This document shows positions 1 through 8,180 of a DNA stretch of 11,280 nt, in pieces. The stretch comes from Raphidiopsis brookii D9. GTDB taxonomy: Bacteria > Cyanobacteriota > Cyanobacteriia > Cyanobacteriales > Nostocaceae. Numbering within the stretch: the stretch's first letter is position 1; the number at the start of each line of letters is the position of its first letter. The DNA lies in NCBI GenBank assembly GCA_000175855.1, contig ACYB01000012.1, positions 1 to 11,280 on the forward strand. The letters run 5' to 3'. Made by a program: the position numbers and the translations under genes. The notes below the pieces were generated by a model. The model saw nothing but the letters and a program-made list of their open reading frames with translations. It did not search any database and was not told where the DNA came from.

Positions 1-184
1 CTCGGCAATAGCAAATAGTGGAAGTTCCAGCTCCATCCCCCCTGATGTACAGTTCGACATCGTACAACCTTTGCCCTGCTGAGTTTTTGATGCTTTTGAT
101 TTTACCTTCATCTGCATATCTCCTCAAAGTGTTGGGATGCATCCCAAGAATTTTGACTGCTTTTCTAAGTGGTATGTACGCCAT
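1..184 (-). CDS. tnpA: IS607-family transposase TnpA (MerR-like HTH + serine recombinase). Only the N-terminal 61 codons are visible; the gene runs off the left window edge.
   Basis: My own minus-strand translation from ATG (184..182) gives MAYIPLRKAVKILGMHPNTLRRYADEGKIKSIKNSAGQRLYDVELYIRGDGAGTSTICYCR..., open to position 1. The pattern (A-x-x-LG-x-x-x-x-TLRR-x-x-x-x-GKI ... G-x-R-x-Y) is the MerR/excisionase-type HTH found at the N-terminus of IS607-type TnpA. The terminal ICYCR is the usual lead-in to the resolvase catalytic Y-x-R-V-S-S motif, but the catalytic Ser itself lies outside the window. The gene is absent from the ORF track because it is truncated. Confidence 0.7.
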   Translation of the reverse strand, partial: MAYIPLRKAVKILGMHPNTLRRYADEGKIKSIKNSAGQRLYDVELYIRGDGAGTSTICYCR

Positions 185-190
185 ACTTAA

Positions 191-220
191 ACTATAGCAT
201 TAGTTGCTAAAAGTTAGCAA
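191..220 (-). promoter_or_regulatory. Candidate promoter and operator of tnpA. On the minus strand: -35 TTGCTA (220..215), 18-nt spacer, -10 TATAGT (196..191). It is overlapped by the perfect dyad TTGCTAA-N3-TTAGCAA (204..220).
   Basis: The hexamers and dyad were read directly from the sequence. The -10 ends only 6 nt before the tnpA ATG, so the mRNA would be leaderless or nearly so. The background is AT-rich, so a chance match is possible. There is no experimental support. Confidence 0.3.
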
Positions 221-491
221 GTGGATAACTAGTTAATTTCCTTCTTGTTAAAGTTTTGGTTTAAAAAATTTTGTGAGCTGACGTTTTCTGCCGATTTTGG
301 GCTTTTCAGTTCCCCGGTGCAAAATCCGTCTCGAACTCAATCATACTACACTTTAGCCATTCCGCCATCTCTTAATAATTCTTTATCTTAGGGACAGGAG
401 CGTCAAATCACTAAGTTTTTTAACAATCAATACTATTTGGCGAGACTTTGTTATATATAGGTCTTGGTAATATCTCTTTTGAGAAGCAATT

Positions 492-2462
492 ATGTCTCAA
501 ACAACTATAGAATCAATCTTACAAGAAAAACGTCTCTTCCATCCCACTAGTAATTTTTCCCAACAGGCCAATATTAAAAGTCTAGAAGAGTACCAGCGTA
601 TCTATGATGCTGCTAGAGCAAATCCTGAAGTGTTTTGGGCAGATTTGGCACAAAAAGAGTTACATTGGTTCACTAAATGGGATGCTGTCTTAGATTGGCA
701 ACCCCCCTTTGCCAAGTGGTTTGTTAATGGCAAGATTAATATATCTTACAACTGTCTTGACCGTCACCTGACAACTTGGCGAAAAAACAAAGCAGCTCTT
801 ATTTGGGAAGGTGAACCAGGGGATAGTCGTACCCTTACATACGCCCAACTTCATCGGGAAGTTTGTCAATTTGCTAATGTCCTCAAGCAATTGGGAGTTA
901 AAAAGGGCGATCGGGTAGGTATTTATATGCCTATGATACCAGAATCAGCTATTGCTATGTTAGCTTGTGCCAGAATTGGTGCACCTCATAGTGTTGTGTT
1001 TGGTGGTTTTAGTGCTGAGGCATTGCGCGATCGCCTGAATGATGCCCAAGCTAAGGTAGTAGTCACAGCTGATGGAGGTTGGCGCAAGGACACAATTGTG
1101 GCTCTCAAACAACAGGTAGATCTAGCTTTGAGCAATAATTCTGTTCCTAGTGTGACAGATGTGTTAGTGGTCAAGCGCACAGAACAAGAAACCCAAATGG
1201 AACCGGGACGGGACCACTGGTGGCATGATTTACGAAAGAACGTCTCCGCTGACTGTCCAGCTGAACCCATGGATAGTGAGGATATGTTATTTGTTCTCTA
1301 CACATCCGGTAGTACGGGGAAACCTAAAGGAGTAGTACACACCACTGGTGGTTATAACCTGTACAGTCATATTACCACCAAATGGATTTTTGATCTCCAG
1401 GAGACAGATGTTTACTGGTGTACAGCTGATGTGGGTTGGATTACCGGTCATAGTTATATAGTGTATGGTCCCCTCTCCAATGGCGCTACTACAGTTATGT
1501 ATGAAGGTGCGCCTAGAGCTTCTAATCCTGGTTGTTTTTGGGATGTAATTGAAAAGTATGGAGTAACTATTTTCTATACTGCTCCTACAGCCATCCGAGC
1601 ATTTATTAAAATGGGAGAACATCATCCAAAGGCTAGAAATCTTTCATCCCTGAGATTATTGGGTACGGTGGGAGAACCAATTAACCCGGAAGCTTGGATG
1701 TGGTATTATAAAGTCATTGGTGGCGAACGTTGTCCCATTGTTGACACTTGGTGGCAAACGGAAACAGGTGGTATTATGATTACACCCTTACCTGGAGCCA
1801 TAGCAACGAAACCCGGATCGGCAACCCTTCCCTTCCCCGGTATTATAGCAGATATTGTCGACTCAGAAGGCAATTCAGTTCCCAATAACCAAGGTGGTTA
1901 TTTGGCAGTGCGCTATCCCTGGCCAGGAATGATGCGAACAGTTTATGGTGATCCAGATCGATTCCGTCGTACCTACTGGGAACATATACCTCCTAAAGAA
2001 GGCAACTACACTTATTTTGCCGGTGATGGAGCTAGGCAAGATGAAGATGGCTATTTTTGGGTCATGGGAAGAGTAGATGATGTACTTAATGTTTCTGGAC
2101 ACCGTTTAGGTACCATGGAAGTGGAGTCCGCCCTAGTTTCCCACCCCGCCGTAGCTGAAGCTGCTGTGGTCGGTAAACCTGATGAATTAAAAGGGGAAGA
2201 AGTTGTAGCTTTTGTGACATTAGAAGGCAGCCATAAGGGGAATGAGGAATTAAGCAAAGAATTAAAACAACACGTGGTTAGAGAAATAGGAGCGATCGCC
2301 CGTCCTAGTGAAATTAGATTTACCGATGCTTTGCCAAAAACCAGATCGGGGAAGATCATGCGTCGTTTGCTGAGGAGTTTAGCAGCAGGTCAAGAAGTGT
2401 CCGGTGACACATCTACTTTGGAAGATCGCAGCGTGTTGGATAAATTGCGGGAAGGAAATTAG
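492..2462 (+). CDS. acs: Acetyl-CoA synthetase (AMP-forming acetate--CoA ligase), 656 aa
   Basis: Full-length ORF with the typical Acs N-terminus (...[22 protein letters not shown]...[18 protein letters not shown]). It carries the AMP-binding signature [19 protein letters not shown], the WWQTETGG motif, and the C-terminal [14 protein letters not shown] motif containing the catalytic, acetylation-regulated Lys (K621, 2352..2354). Confidence 0.97.
   Translation: MSQTTIESILQEKRLFHPTSNFSQQANIKSLEEYQRIYDAARANPEVFWADLAQKELHWFTKWDAVLDWQPPFAKWFVNGKINISYNCLDRHLTTWRKNKAALIWEGEPGDSRTLTYAQLHREVCQFANVLKQLGVKKGDRVGIYMPMIPESAIAMLACARIGAPHSVVFGGFSAEALRDRLNDAQAKVVVTADGGWRKDTIVALKQQVDLALSNNSVPSVTDVLVVKRTEQETQMEPGRDHWWHDLRKNVSADCPAEPMDSEDMLFVLYTSGSTGKPKGVVHTTGGYNLYSHITTKWIFDLQETDVYWCTADVGWITGHSYIVYGPLSNGATTVMYEGAPRASNPGCFWDVIEKYGVTIFYTAPTAIRAFIKMGEHHPKARNLSSLRLLGTVGEPINPEAWMWYYKVIGGERCPIVDTWWQTETGGIMITPLPGAIATKPGSATLPFPGIIADIVDSEGNSVPNNQGGYLAVRYPWPGMMRTVYGDPDRFRRTYWEHIPPKEGNYTYFAGDGARQDEDGYFWVMGRVDDVLNVSGHRLGTMEVESALVSHPAVAEAAVVGKPDELKGEEVVAFVTLEGSHKGNEELSKELKQHVVREIGAIARPSEIRFTDALPKTRSGKIMRRLLRSLAAGQEVSGDTSTLEDRSVLDKLREGN
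1027..1034. repeat. HIP1 octamer GCGATCGC
   Basis: Exact palindromic octamer read in the sequence, inside acs. Confidence 0.9.
2292..2299. repeat. HIP1 octamer GCGATCGC
   Basis: Exact palindromic octamer read in the sequence, inside acs. Confidence 0.9.
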
Positions 2463-2600
2463 GGACCAGCAGATATTTTTTCATGGATATGGCATGGATT
2501 GCTGGAAATTATAAATCAAAATAGTGCCTAAATTCGTAAAGATTGTGCTAACCATAGATTAGGAATTTCCAGCTCTATAAATATTGAGTCATATTCTATC

Positions 2601-5600
2601 ATGTCGAAATCTTCTCCCCCATCCTTCCCACAAAGCCCAAGTCAAACCCTATGGTGGCTGTTTTTGACCCGTGGTAGCATAGCCCTGGGTGGCTCTGTGC
2701 TGATTTTATTAATGGGTGGAATGTGGTGGGTGCGGGGTTTTATCCAAAAAGAATTGTCACCTTTAGCACAAAAGAGTCTCACCTCTACTTTGAATCGTCC
2801 TATAAACTTAGGAGCAGTCAAAGGGTTTTCCTTAACGGGGGTGCAGTTTGCTGCTTCTAGTATTCCCCCAACTCCTACAGACCCAGATAAGATAACTATC
2901 CAAGCAGTAGATGTGAGTTTTAATCCCTGGGATTTAGTGGTCAACCGTCAGATCAAATTAGATGTTACTCTAATTAACCCAGATATTTATATTGAGCAGG
3001 ATAATCAACAGCGCTGGATTAGCACCACTATTGCTCCCCCTGGAGAGCCAGGTATTATTAAAACTGATTTAAGTAAACTAAGTGTTCGTAATGCCAGGTT
3101 AGTATTGGTTCCCAATCAAAAACCGGAGAGTGCAGGGAGCAATGGTAGGTTACCAGTTCCTGTTACTTTTTTAGGACTCTATGGTAGGGTTCAACTGTTT
3201 ACAAACAATCAAACCAATAGCAGTCAAAATAATATTGAGCGGATCAAATTTGACCTGACTGGAAAGAATCAAAGTGGTGGTGACATTTCTCTAGAGGGAA
3301 ATATTGACACTAAATCTACAGTATCAGGCGATGTGAATTTAAAAACTAAGGAACTGTATATAGCAGATATTGTTGGGTTAGTTCCAGCAGCATTAAGTGT
3401 AAAATCAGGGAAGATTAATAGTGATTTAAAAATTCAATTAACACCAGAGGATCCGATTTTAGTCTATGGCAATGCGAGTTTAGAAGGAATAAGCTGGCAA
3501 TTGCCACAAACACCACAAATGTTTAGTAATACCCAGGGGAATATCAAGTTTCAGGGAACAGGAATTGAGATAGATAACTTAGTGAGTAATTATGGCAAAA
3601 TTCCCCTGGTTGCTAAAGGTTCTATTGACCAGAAACGGGGGTTCAATTTAACTGGAGTTGTCAATGCTGTTAGCGCTTCCCAAGCTCTAGAAACATTAAA
3701 AATTAAGTCACCCGTTCCCATAAGTGGAGTATTAAAAGCGAATTTACAATTCCTAGGCGATATTTCTCAACCAGTGCTGTTGGGTCAGATTAGTAATGTT
3801 AAAAATGCTCAAATTGATCGATTGGATTTTGAGAGAGTCAGCGGCAAATTTGAACTAACTACCCGCACACCTCAGATAGCTTTTAAAGATATTCAAGTGG
3901 TATCTAGTTTAGGTGGTGAACTGACTGGAGCGGGAAAAATTACCCTGGGTCAAATACCGGAAGTAAGCATGAATTTAAACGCCAAAAATCTAGATGGTGA
4001 TGCCTTATCCCGAGTTTATAGTCAAAGAAATAATGCTGATTTTCAAATCGGTAAACTATCAGCCACCGCCAATATATCAGGAAAAGCCAGCAATCTTCAG
4101 ACCTTTTTAAAATGGCAAGCTCCGCAAGCTACATACCCCCTCACTGGAGAAACAGTTATTAACCCCAATAACAGCATTGATTTTCCTAATGTTACCGTCA
4201 ATATCAATGGTAATATAATCCAAGCATCTGGCAATTACAATCGTCAGAAATGGCAGGCGATCGCTCAAGCAAACAATATTAAATTAGCAAATTTTGAAAG
4301 CTTATTGAAAAACCAACCAGAAAATAACCTGGACAATATTAACTTAACCGATGCAGAGCTTAATGGTAAGTTAATTGTGTCGGGAACTTCTGACAACTTA
4401 AAAATTACTAATATTCGACCAGAGCAGTTAAATGTCAATATTGTGGGTGGTAGAATAGGGCTTGCTGGTATGGAACTAAATAACAACAAATTTACTGCCC
4501 ACCTAGTGACTGAGAATCTGCGGGTTGCCAAAATAATCAAGCAATCCCCACCTATTCTTAATTATCCTCTAGAGGGTAAATTAACCATTGTTGGTGACAC
4601 GGAAAATATAAATCTCAAAACCCTAAATGCTAGTGGAAAAGCTAAACTACAAATCGACAATGGTAGAATTAACCTCCAGGAAATCAGAGTTAGTGATGGC
4701 AATTATCAAGCTAAAGTAGCAATTGCCAACGTGCCCATACAAAAATTAGCATCCATGCCACCCGAATTAAAGGGAGGATTAGGTGGTCAGTTAAATATTG
4801 CTGGATCTCTAGGGAATTTGCAATCGGAAAATATTCAAATAAATGGAGTAGCAGAAATAAATATTGCTGGGGGAAAAATTACCGCTTCTGGAATTAAAAT
4901 TAGTAAAGGTGCTTACCAAGCCATAGTCAGTGGTTATGGTGTAAAATTAAATCGGATCAATAAACAACTGTCCGGTGAAATTGGTGGAAAATTCCAACTA
5001 GCTGGCATTCTAGGGTCAGCTAAATTGGCAGATGTGCGTGCAGCAGGTGAGATAGAATTTAATCCAATTAGGAGAGAGCTTAACTCACCCATAGTAGCTG
5101 GGGTGTATTGGAGTGGTCAACAATTAAATATTGCCCAACTCAAGGGTAGTAACTTCCATGCTAAAGGTTATATTTTAGCCAATGCCCAACAACCGGGAAT
5201 GCCAGAACTTGGGGAAATGAAAATTAGTTTGCAAGCCCAGGATTATGATTTTCAACAATTGCCATTTTCCGTTCCTTTAAAACTAAGAGGAAAGGCAGAT
5301 TTTCAAGGTGAAATTACTGGTAAAATTACCACGCCTAATCTTGTAGGTAGGCTAGGTTTCAAAAATTTACAGGTGGAGAAATTTTCCTTTGAACCTTTAT
5401 TAGATGGCAACATTAACTTAGTTAAAGGTCAAGATTTAAGTTTAGATTTATCTGGTAAAACAGATAGATTAGCTGCCAACCTAAAGACTAATAATATTAA
5501 TAATCCATCGGGTAGGTTTTTATTCAAGTTGCAACAAATGTCAGTTGAGGGAAACTCAGATGGGGAGAAATTGGCTATTGAAGCTAACAACTTACCCCTG

Positions 5601-8180
5601 GAAAAGTTAAACTTTAATTTACCAGACAATCCAATTATAGGTAAGGGAAGTATAGCTGGCTTATTGACTGGAAACCTGCAGATAAATTACAGGAATTTAG
5701 CCAGCAGGGGAAATATTGAGATTATTAAACCCCAACTGGCTAGAATTAAAGGACACCTGTTTAAGACAGAATTCAAATATAATAATAATATAACCACCAT
5801 CACCAACGGGCAATTTGTCAGTGGTGAAAGTCGCTATCTATTTGATGGCAGTTTCCAACAAACTCGTCAAGGACCAGAATTACGAAGTAAAATCAGTATT
5901 AGTCAAAGCAAAATCGAAAATTTACTCACCCTGGCACAAATCTTTGAACTTCAAGACCTGGGGAGAGGTTTAAAATTCCCACAATATGGCAGAGCAGCTG
6001 ATTTAAAAACTAGTCCAGTTGGTGGGGTTAATCTCTCTCTACAGGAAACAATTCAACAATTTGGTCAAATTAATGAAATTATTGCCGCAAAAATTGAAAA
6101 GCGCTCCCAGTCTCAACCTATCCCAGATTTAAAAGATATCAAAGGAACTTTTGGCGGTGATATTTATGTGAACCTGAGTGCAAGAACTGGACTAGCACTG
6201 AAATTTAAACTAGCAGGAGAAAACTTTACCTGGGGTAGACCAACCGACCCTGATGGCTTTTATAAAGTGGAAAAAATTCTGGCAGAGGGCAATTTGGAGC
6301 GAGGAATTTTAAGTTTAAACCCCCTGCGGATTCAAGAGGAAAACCAGCTCCTATCCTTTACTGGAAATATAGGTGGTGCAACACAGTCAGGAAAATTAGA
6401 GGTTAAAAATATTCCTACAGAAATATTAAACAGATTTGTTAAATTGCCAGTAGGAATTAATGGTAATATTAATGTTGATGCGGGGATCGCCGGTAGTTTA
6501 GCTAACCCTCAAGCTATGGGAGTATTAACAATTACAGAAGCACAACTTAATAAAAAGCCTATAGAATCAGCCAATGCAAGTTTTCGTTATAGTAATAGTC
6601 GTTTAACGTTTGATAGTCAAATTTTAGCATCTGGTAGAGAACCAGTTGAAATTAGTGGGGATATCCCCTATAAATTACCGTTTGCATCCGTGGTACCAAG
6701 TAGTAACATTACCCTAGACGTGAGGGTAAAAAATCAGGGTTTAGGACTGTTGAATTTGTTTACGGATCAAGTATCTTTTGAAAATGGTGAAGGTGAAGTA
6801 AATTTAGCCATTCGGGGAACTCAAAGAAAACCAATAGTGAAAGGTATTGCTTCTCTAAGAAATGCCACATTTTTAGTGCCAAACTTAGTGGGCAAACTTA
6901 CGGATGTTTCTGGACAAGCGGAATTCGACTTTGATAGAGTATCGCTGAATAATGTCCAAGGACTATTTAGTAAAGGTAAAATAGAAGTTGCAGGAGAAAT
7001 TCCCATTTTTACCAGTAAAAATATCCAAATTAATAACCCTTTGAGTGTCAAGCTGGAACAATTATTATTAAATATCAAGGGATTGTACAAAGGTAATGCT
7101 AGTGGTAATTTAGTAATTACTGGATCTGCATTACAACCACTAATAGGTGGTGATATAGCATTATCAAATGGGCAAGTTTTACTCACAGAATCCCAAACCG
7201 CTAATTCATCCCAAACCGACGATAGAATTGGTGATCCACCCTATCAGAATAACCTATCACCCTTATTGCCTATTCCTACTAAACAGGTAAAACCTATCAA
7301 TCAAAACAATAGTGGACCTATGAGATTTCAAAACCTGCAAATTACCTTAGGTCAGGGGATGCAAATAGCTAGTCCACCTGTATTCAATTTCCTTTCCACA
7401 GGAAAGTTAAATATCAATGGTGAATTAAATAATCTCATCCCTACAGGAACTATTAGATTATTTAGAGGAGGGGTAAATTTATTTACTACTCAATTTAATT
7501 TAATACGTAACTATGAGCACACCGCCACTTTTACGAAGTTCAAACCCCGCATCCCTGAATTAGATGTGAAACTTTTTGCCAAGGTATTGGATGGGATTAA
7601 GACTACAGATCTAACCAGAGAGATTTCTACAGGATTATCCAAATTGGAAACTATCCGGATAGAAGCACGGGTTAAGGGTTATGCAGATAAGTTGAATGAT
7701 AATTTAGAAATAAAAAGTATTCCCTCCCGCTCCCAAATGGAAATTATTAGTTTGCTCGGGGGATTAGGAAGTGAATTTGTTGATAATCAAACGGGTGGTG
7801 ACACTACATTTGGTTTAATTAATATTGCTGGATCTGCTGTGGCAAATTATTTGCAACTGGGGTTTAGTTTTGTTCGCGATGCTATTGGATTAAGTGAGTT
7901 ACGGGTTTTTCCTACAGTTCTATCTCAAAAACCACAATCTAATAGAACTAATTCCAGTTTCATTAATTCAACTTTAACTAATTCAACGGTGGAATTGGCT
8001 TTGGAAGCTGGTGTGGATATCTTTGACAAGTTTTCTTTCTCAACTATTAAAATTATTACTACTGAGGATCCTTTACAATGGGGTTTTAACTACAGATTAA
8101 ACGACAGTTTACGTCTTCGTGGGTCCAGTAATTTCACAGATGATACCCGTGGGGTAATTGAGTTTGAAAGAAGATTTTAA
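2601..8180 (+). CDS. tamB: Giant TamB/TIC236-like AsmA-family protein (translocation and assembly module TamB / DUF490 domain-containing), 1859 aa
   Basis: Single uninterrupted 5.6-kb ORF. There is an N-terminal hydrophobic anchor (LWWLFLTRGSIALGGSVLILLMGGMWW). A very long, Cys-free Asn/Gly/Ile/Leu/Lys-rich body shows the amphipathic beta-strand periodicity and internal repeats typical of repeating-beta-groove proteins. The C-terminal ~300 aa resemble DUF490 (...GKLNINGELNNLIPTGTIRLFRGGVNLFTTQFNLIRNYEHTATF...PELDVKLFAKV...) and end in ...RGVIEFERRF with a terminal Phe. The family was assigned from memory of its architecture, not from a search. Confidence 0.8.
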   Translation: MSKSSPPSFPQSPSQTLWWLFLTRGSIALGGSVLILLMGGMWWVRGFIQKELSPLAQKSLTSTLNRPINLGAVKGFSLTGVQFAASSIPPTPTDPDKITIQAVDVSFNPWDLVVNRQIKLDVTLINPDIYIEQDNQQRWISTTIAPPGEPGIIKTDLSKLSVRNARLVLVPNQKPESAGSNGRLPVPVTFLGLYGRVQLFTNNQTNSSQNNIERIKFDLTGKNQSGGDISLEGNIDTKSTVSGDVNLKTKELYIADIVGLVPAALSVKSGKINSDLKIQLTPEDPILVYGNASLEGISWQLPQTPQMFSNTQGNIKFQGTGIEIDNLVSNYGKIPLVAKGSIDQKRGFNLTGVVNAVSASQALETLKIKSPVPISGVLKANLQFLGDISQPVLLGQISNVKNAQIDRLDFERVSGKFELTTRTPQIAFKDIQVVSSLGGELTGAGKITLGQIPEVSMNLNAKNLDGDALSRVYSQRNNADFQIGKLSATANISGKASNLQTFLKWQAPQATYPLTGETVINPNNSIDFPNVTVNINGNIIQASGNYNRQKWQAIAQANNIKLANFESLLKNQPENNLDNINLTDAELNGKLIVSGTSDNLKITNIRPEQLNVNIVGGRIGLAGMELNNNKFTAHLVTENLRVAKIIKQSPPILNYPLEGKLTIVGDTENINLKTLNASGKAKLQIDNGRINLQEIRVSDGNYQAKVAIANVPIQKLASMPPELKGGLGGQLNIAGSLGNLQSENIQINGVAEINIAGGKITASGIKISKGAYQAIVSGYGVKLNRINKQLSGEIGGKFQLAGILGSAKLADVRAAGEIEFNPIRRELNSPIVAGVYWSGQQLNIAQLKGSNFHAKGYILANAQQPGMPELGEMKISLQAQDYDFQQLPFSVPLKLRGKADFQGEITGKITTPNLVGRLGFKNLQVEKFSFEPLLDGNINLVKGQDLSLDLSGKTDRLAANLKTNNINNPSGRFLFKLQQMSVEGNSDGEKLAIEANNLPLEKLNFNLPDNPIIGKGSIAGLLTGNLQINYRNLASRGNIEIIKPQLARIKGHLFKTEFKYNNNITTITNGQFVSGESRYLFDGSFQQTRQGPELRSKISISQSKIENLLTLAQIFELQDLGRGLKFPQYGRAADLKTSPVGGVNLSLQETIQQFGQINEIIAAKIEKRSQSQPIPDLKDIKGTFGGDIYVNLSARTGLALKFKLAGENFTWGRPTDPDGFYKVEKILAEGNLERGILSLNPLRIQEENQLLSFTGNIGGATQSGKLEVKNIPTEILNRFVKLPVGINGNINVDAGIAGSLANPQAMGVLTITEAQLNKKPIESANASFRYSNSRLTFDSQILASGREPVEISGDIPYKLPFASVVPSSNITLDVRVKNQGLGLLNLFTDQVSFENGEGEVNLAIRGTQRKPIVKGIASLRNATFLVPNLVGKLTDVSGQAEFDFDRVSLNNVQGLFSKGKIEVAGEIPIFTSKNIQINNPLSVKLEQLLLNIKGLYKGNASGNLVITGSALQPLIGGDIALSNGQVLLTESQTANSSQTDDRIGDPPYQNNLSPLLPIPTKQVKPINQNNSGPMRFQNLQITLGQGMQIASPPVFNFLSTGKLNINGELNNLIPTGTIRLFRGGVNLFTTQFNLIRNYEHTATFTKFKPRIPELDVKLFAKVLDGIKTTDLTREISTGLSKLETIRIEARVKGYADKLNDNLEIKSIPSRSQMEIISLLGGLGSEFVDNQTGGDTTFGLINIAGSAVANYLQLGFSFVRDAIGLSELRVFPTVLSQKPQSNRTNSSFINSTLTNSTVELALEAGVDIFDKFSFSTIKIITTEDPLQWGFNYRLNDSLRLRGSSNFTDDTRGVIEFERRF
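4257..4264. repeat. HIP1 octamer GCGATCGC
   Basis: Exact palindromic octamer read in the sequence, inside the TamB-like gene. Confidence 0.9.
4434..5060 (+). repeat. Three tandem protein-level repeat modules of ~70 aa (~210 nt) inside the TamB-like gene
   Basis: Aligned by eye. The three copies are VNIVGGRIGLAGMELNNNKFTAHLVTENLRVAKI...LEGKLTIVGDTENI; LQIDNGRINLQEIRVSDGNYQAKVAIANVPIQKL...LKGGLGGQLNIAGSLGNL; and INIAGGKITASGIKISKGAYQAIVSGYGVKLNRI...LSGEIGGKFQLAGILGSA. The anchoring G-(R/K)-I residues are at aa 617-619, 688-690 and 758-760, giving a period of 70-71 aa. A more divergent fourth copy follows. Confidence 0.6.

Noticed and set aside
316-367. T-loop-like GTTCGAG (minus strand) and a GGCGGAA stretch, suggesting a tRNA or tRNA fragment as an IS or integration target; also a 20-codon minus-strand ORF (MAEWLKCSMIEFETDFAPGN)
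   Set aside because: I could not fold a cloverleaf. There is no complementary acceptor strand (TTCCGCC) or anticodon arm, and the segment is too short. The mini-ORF has no support beyond being open.
690-2359. Five antisense ORFs in the track (690..890, 986..1270, 1287..1625, 1875..2102, 2051..2359; 66-112 aa) opposite acs
   Set aside because: All lie entirely inside the strongly supported acs CDS. Their translations are low-complexity, Cys/Ser/Thr-rich and motif-free, with no recognisable domains. They are typical shadow ORFs.
2466-2505. Possible terminator hairpin after acs (CCAGCA ... TGCTGG)
   Set aside because: It has only a 6-bp stem, a 28-nt loop and no following U-tract, so it is not a credible intrinsic terminator.
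2463-2600. 138-bp acs/TamB-like intergenic region checked for a riboswitch, sRNA or promoter (CATGGAT direct repeat; TTGCTG-17-TAGTGC)
   Set aside because: There are no stable structures or conserved-looking motifs, the repeat is only 7 nt, and the promoter-like hexamers are poor.
5778-5792. Short TAA/ATA microsatellite followed by ACC/ATC repeats inside the TamB-like gene (encodes YNNNITTIT)
   Set aside because: There are fewer than four units, in frame, and the run is explained by Asn/Thr codon usage. It is too short to be a meaningful slippage or phase-variation tract.
2642-7186. Four antisense ORFs (2642..2944, 4265..4540, 5429..5629, 6821..7186) opposite the TamB-like gene
   Set aside because: They are embedded in a single continuous 5.6-kb CDS and have no recognisable motifs. 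Their composition mirrors the reverse complement of Asn/Lys/Ile/Leu-rich coding sequence. I treat them as shadow ORFs.
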